A DNA stretch of 64,000 nt. It comes from Octopus sinensis (taxonomy: Eukaryota). Position 1 is the stretch's first letter. Each line of letters opens with the position of its first letter. Location: assembly GCF_006345805.1 (NCBI RefSeq), contig NC_043005.1, positions 83,824,001 to 83,888,000 of the forward strand, read 5' to 3'. Positions 38,434-64,000 of this stretch are shown in pieces. The translations under genes and the position numbers were made by a program. Under the pieces are notes generated by a model that saw only the letters and a list, made by a program, of their open reading frames with translations, was not told the DNA's origin and ran no database searches.

Positions 38434-64000
<25,567 letters not shown>

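Overview
AT-rich, microsatellite-saturated animal genomic DNA. The repeat landscape suggests an octopus or other coleoid cephalopod (inference). The window holds two tandem, same-strand paralogs of an SLC22 (organic cation/anion/carnitine, MFS) transporter gene. Copy 1 runs from exon 2 to its stop (54-26955; exon 1 lies upstream of the window). Copy 2 runs from its ATG at 38434 into exon 4 at the window end. Introns and the intergenic region are filled with LINE remnants (RTE/BovB-like, R4/Dong-like, CR1-like), Penelope-like element (PLE) fragments with fold-backs, Helentron-type non-autonomous elements, solo LTRs, Tc1/mariner relics and tRNA-derived SINEs. The most notable unannotated signal is a dense, diverse set of type I hammerhead ribozyme motifs found by eye. 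These are canonical copies (961-1054/55967-56057 and 35927-35996), a 561-bp tandem array with one hammerhead per unit (46131-47560), and a family with a swapped G3-C8 core pair capping both ends of a 2.7-kb palindrome that directly follows a solo LTR (30982-34773). No prokaryotic system, CRISPR array, rRNA or complete tRNA gene was found. All alignments, folds and counts were done by eye.
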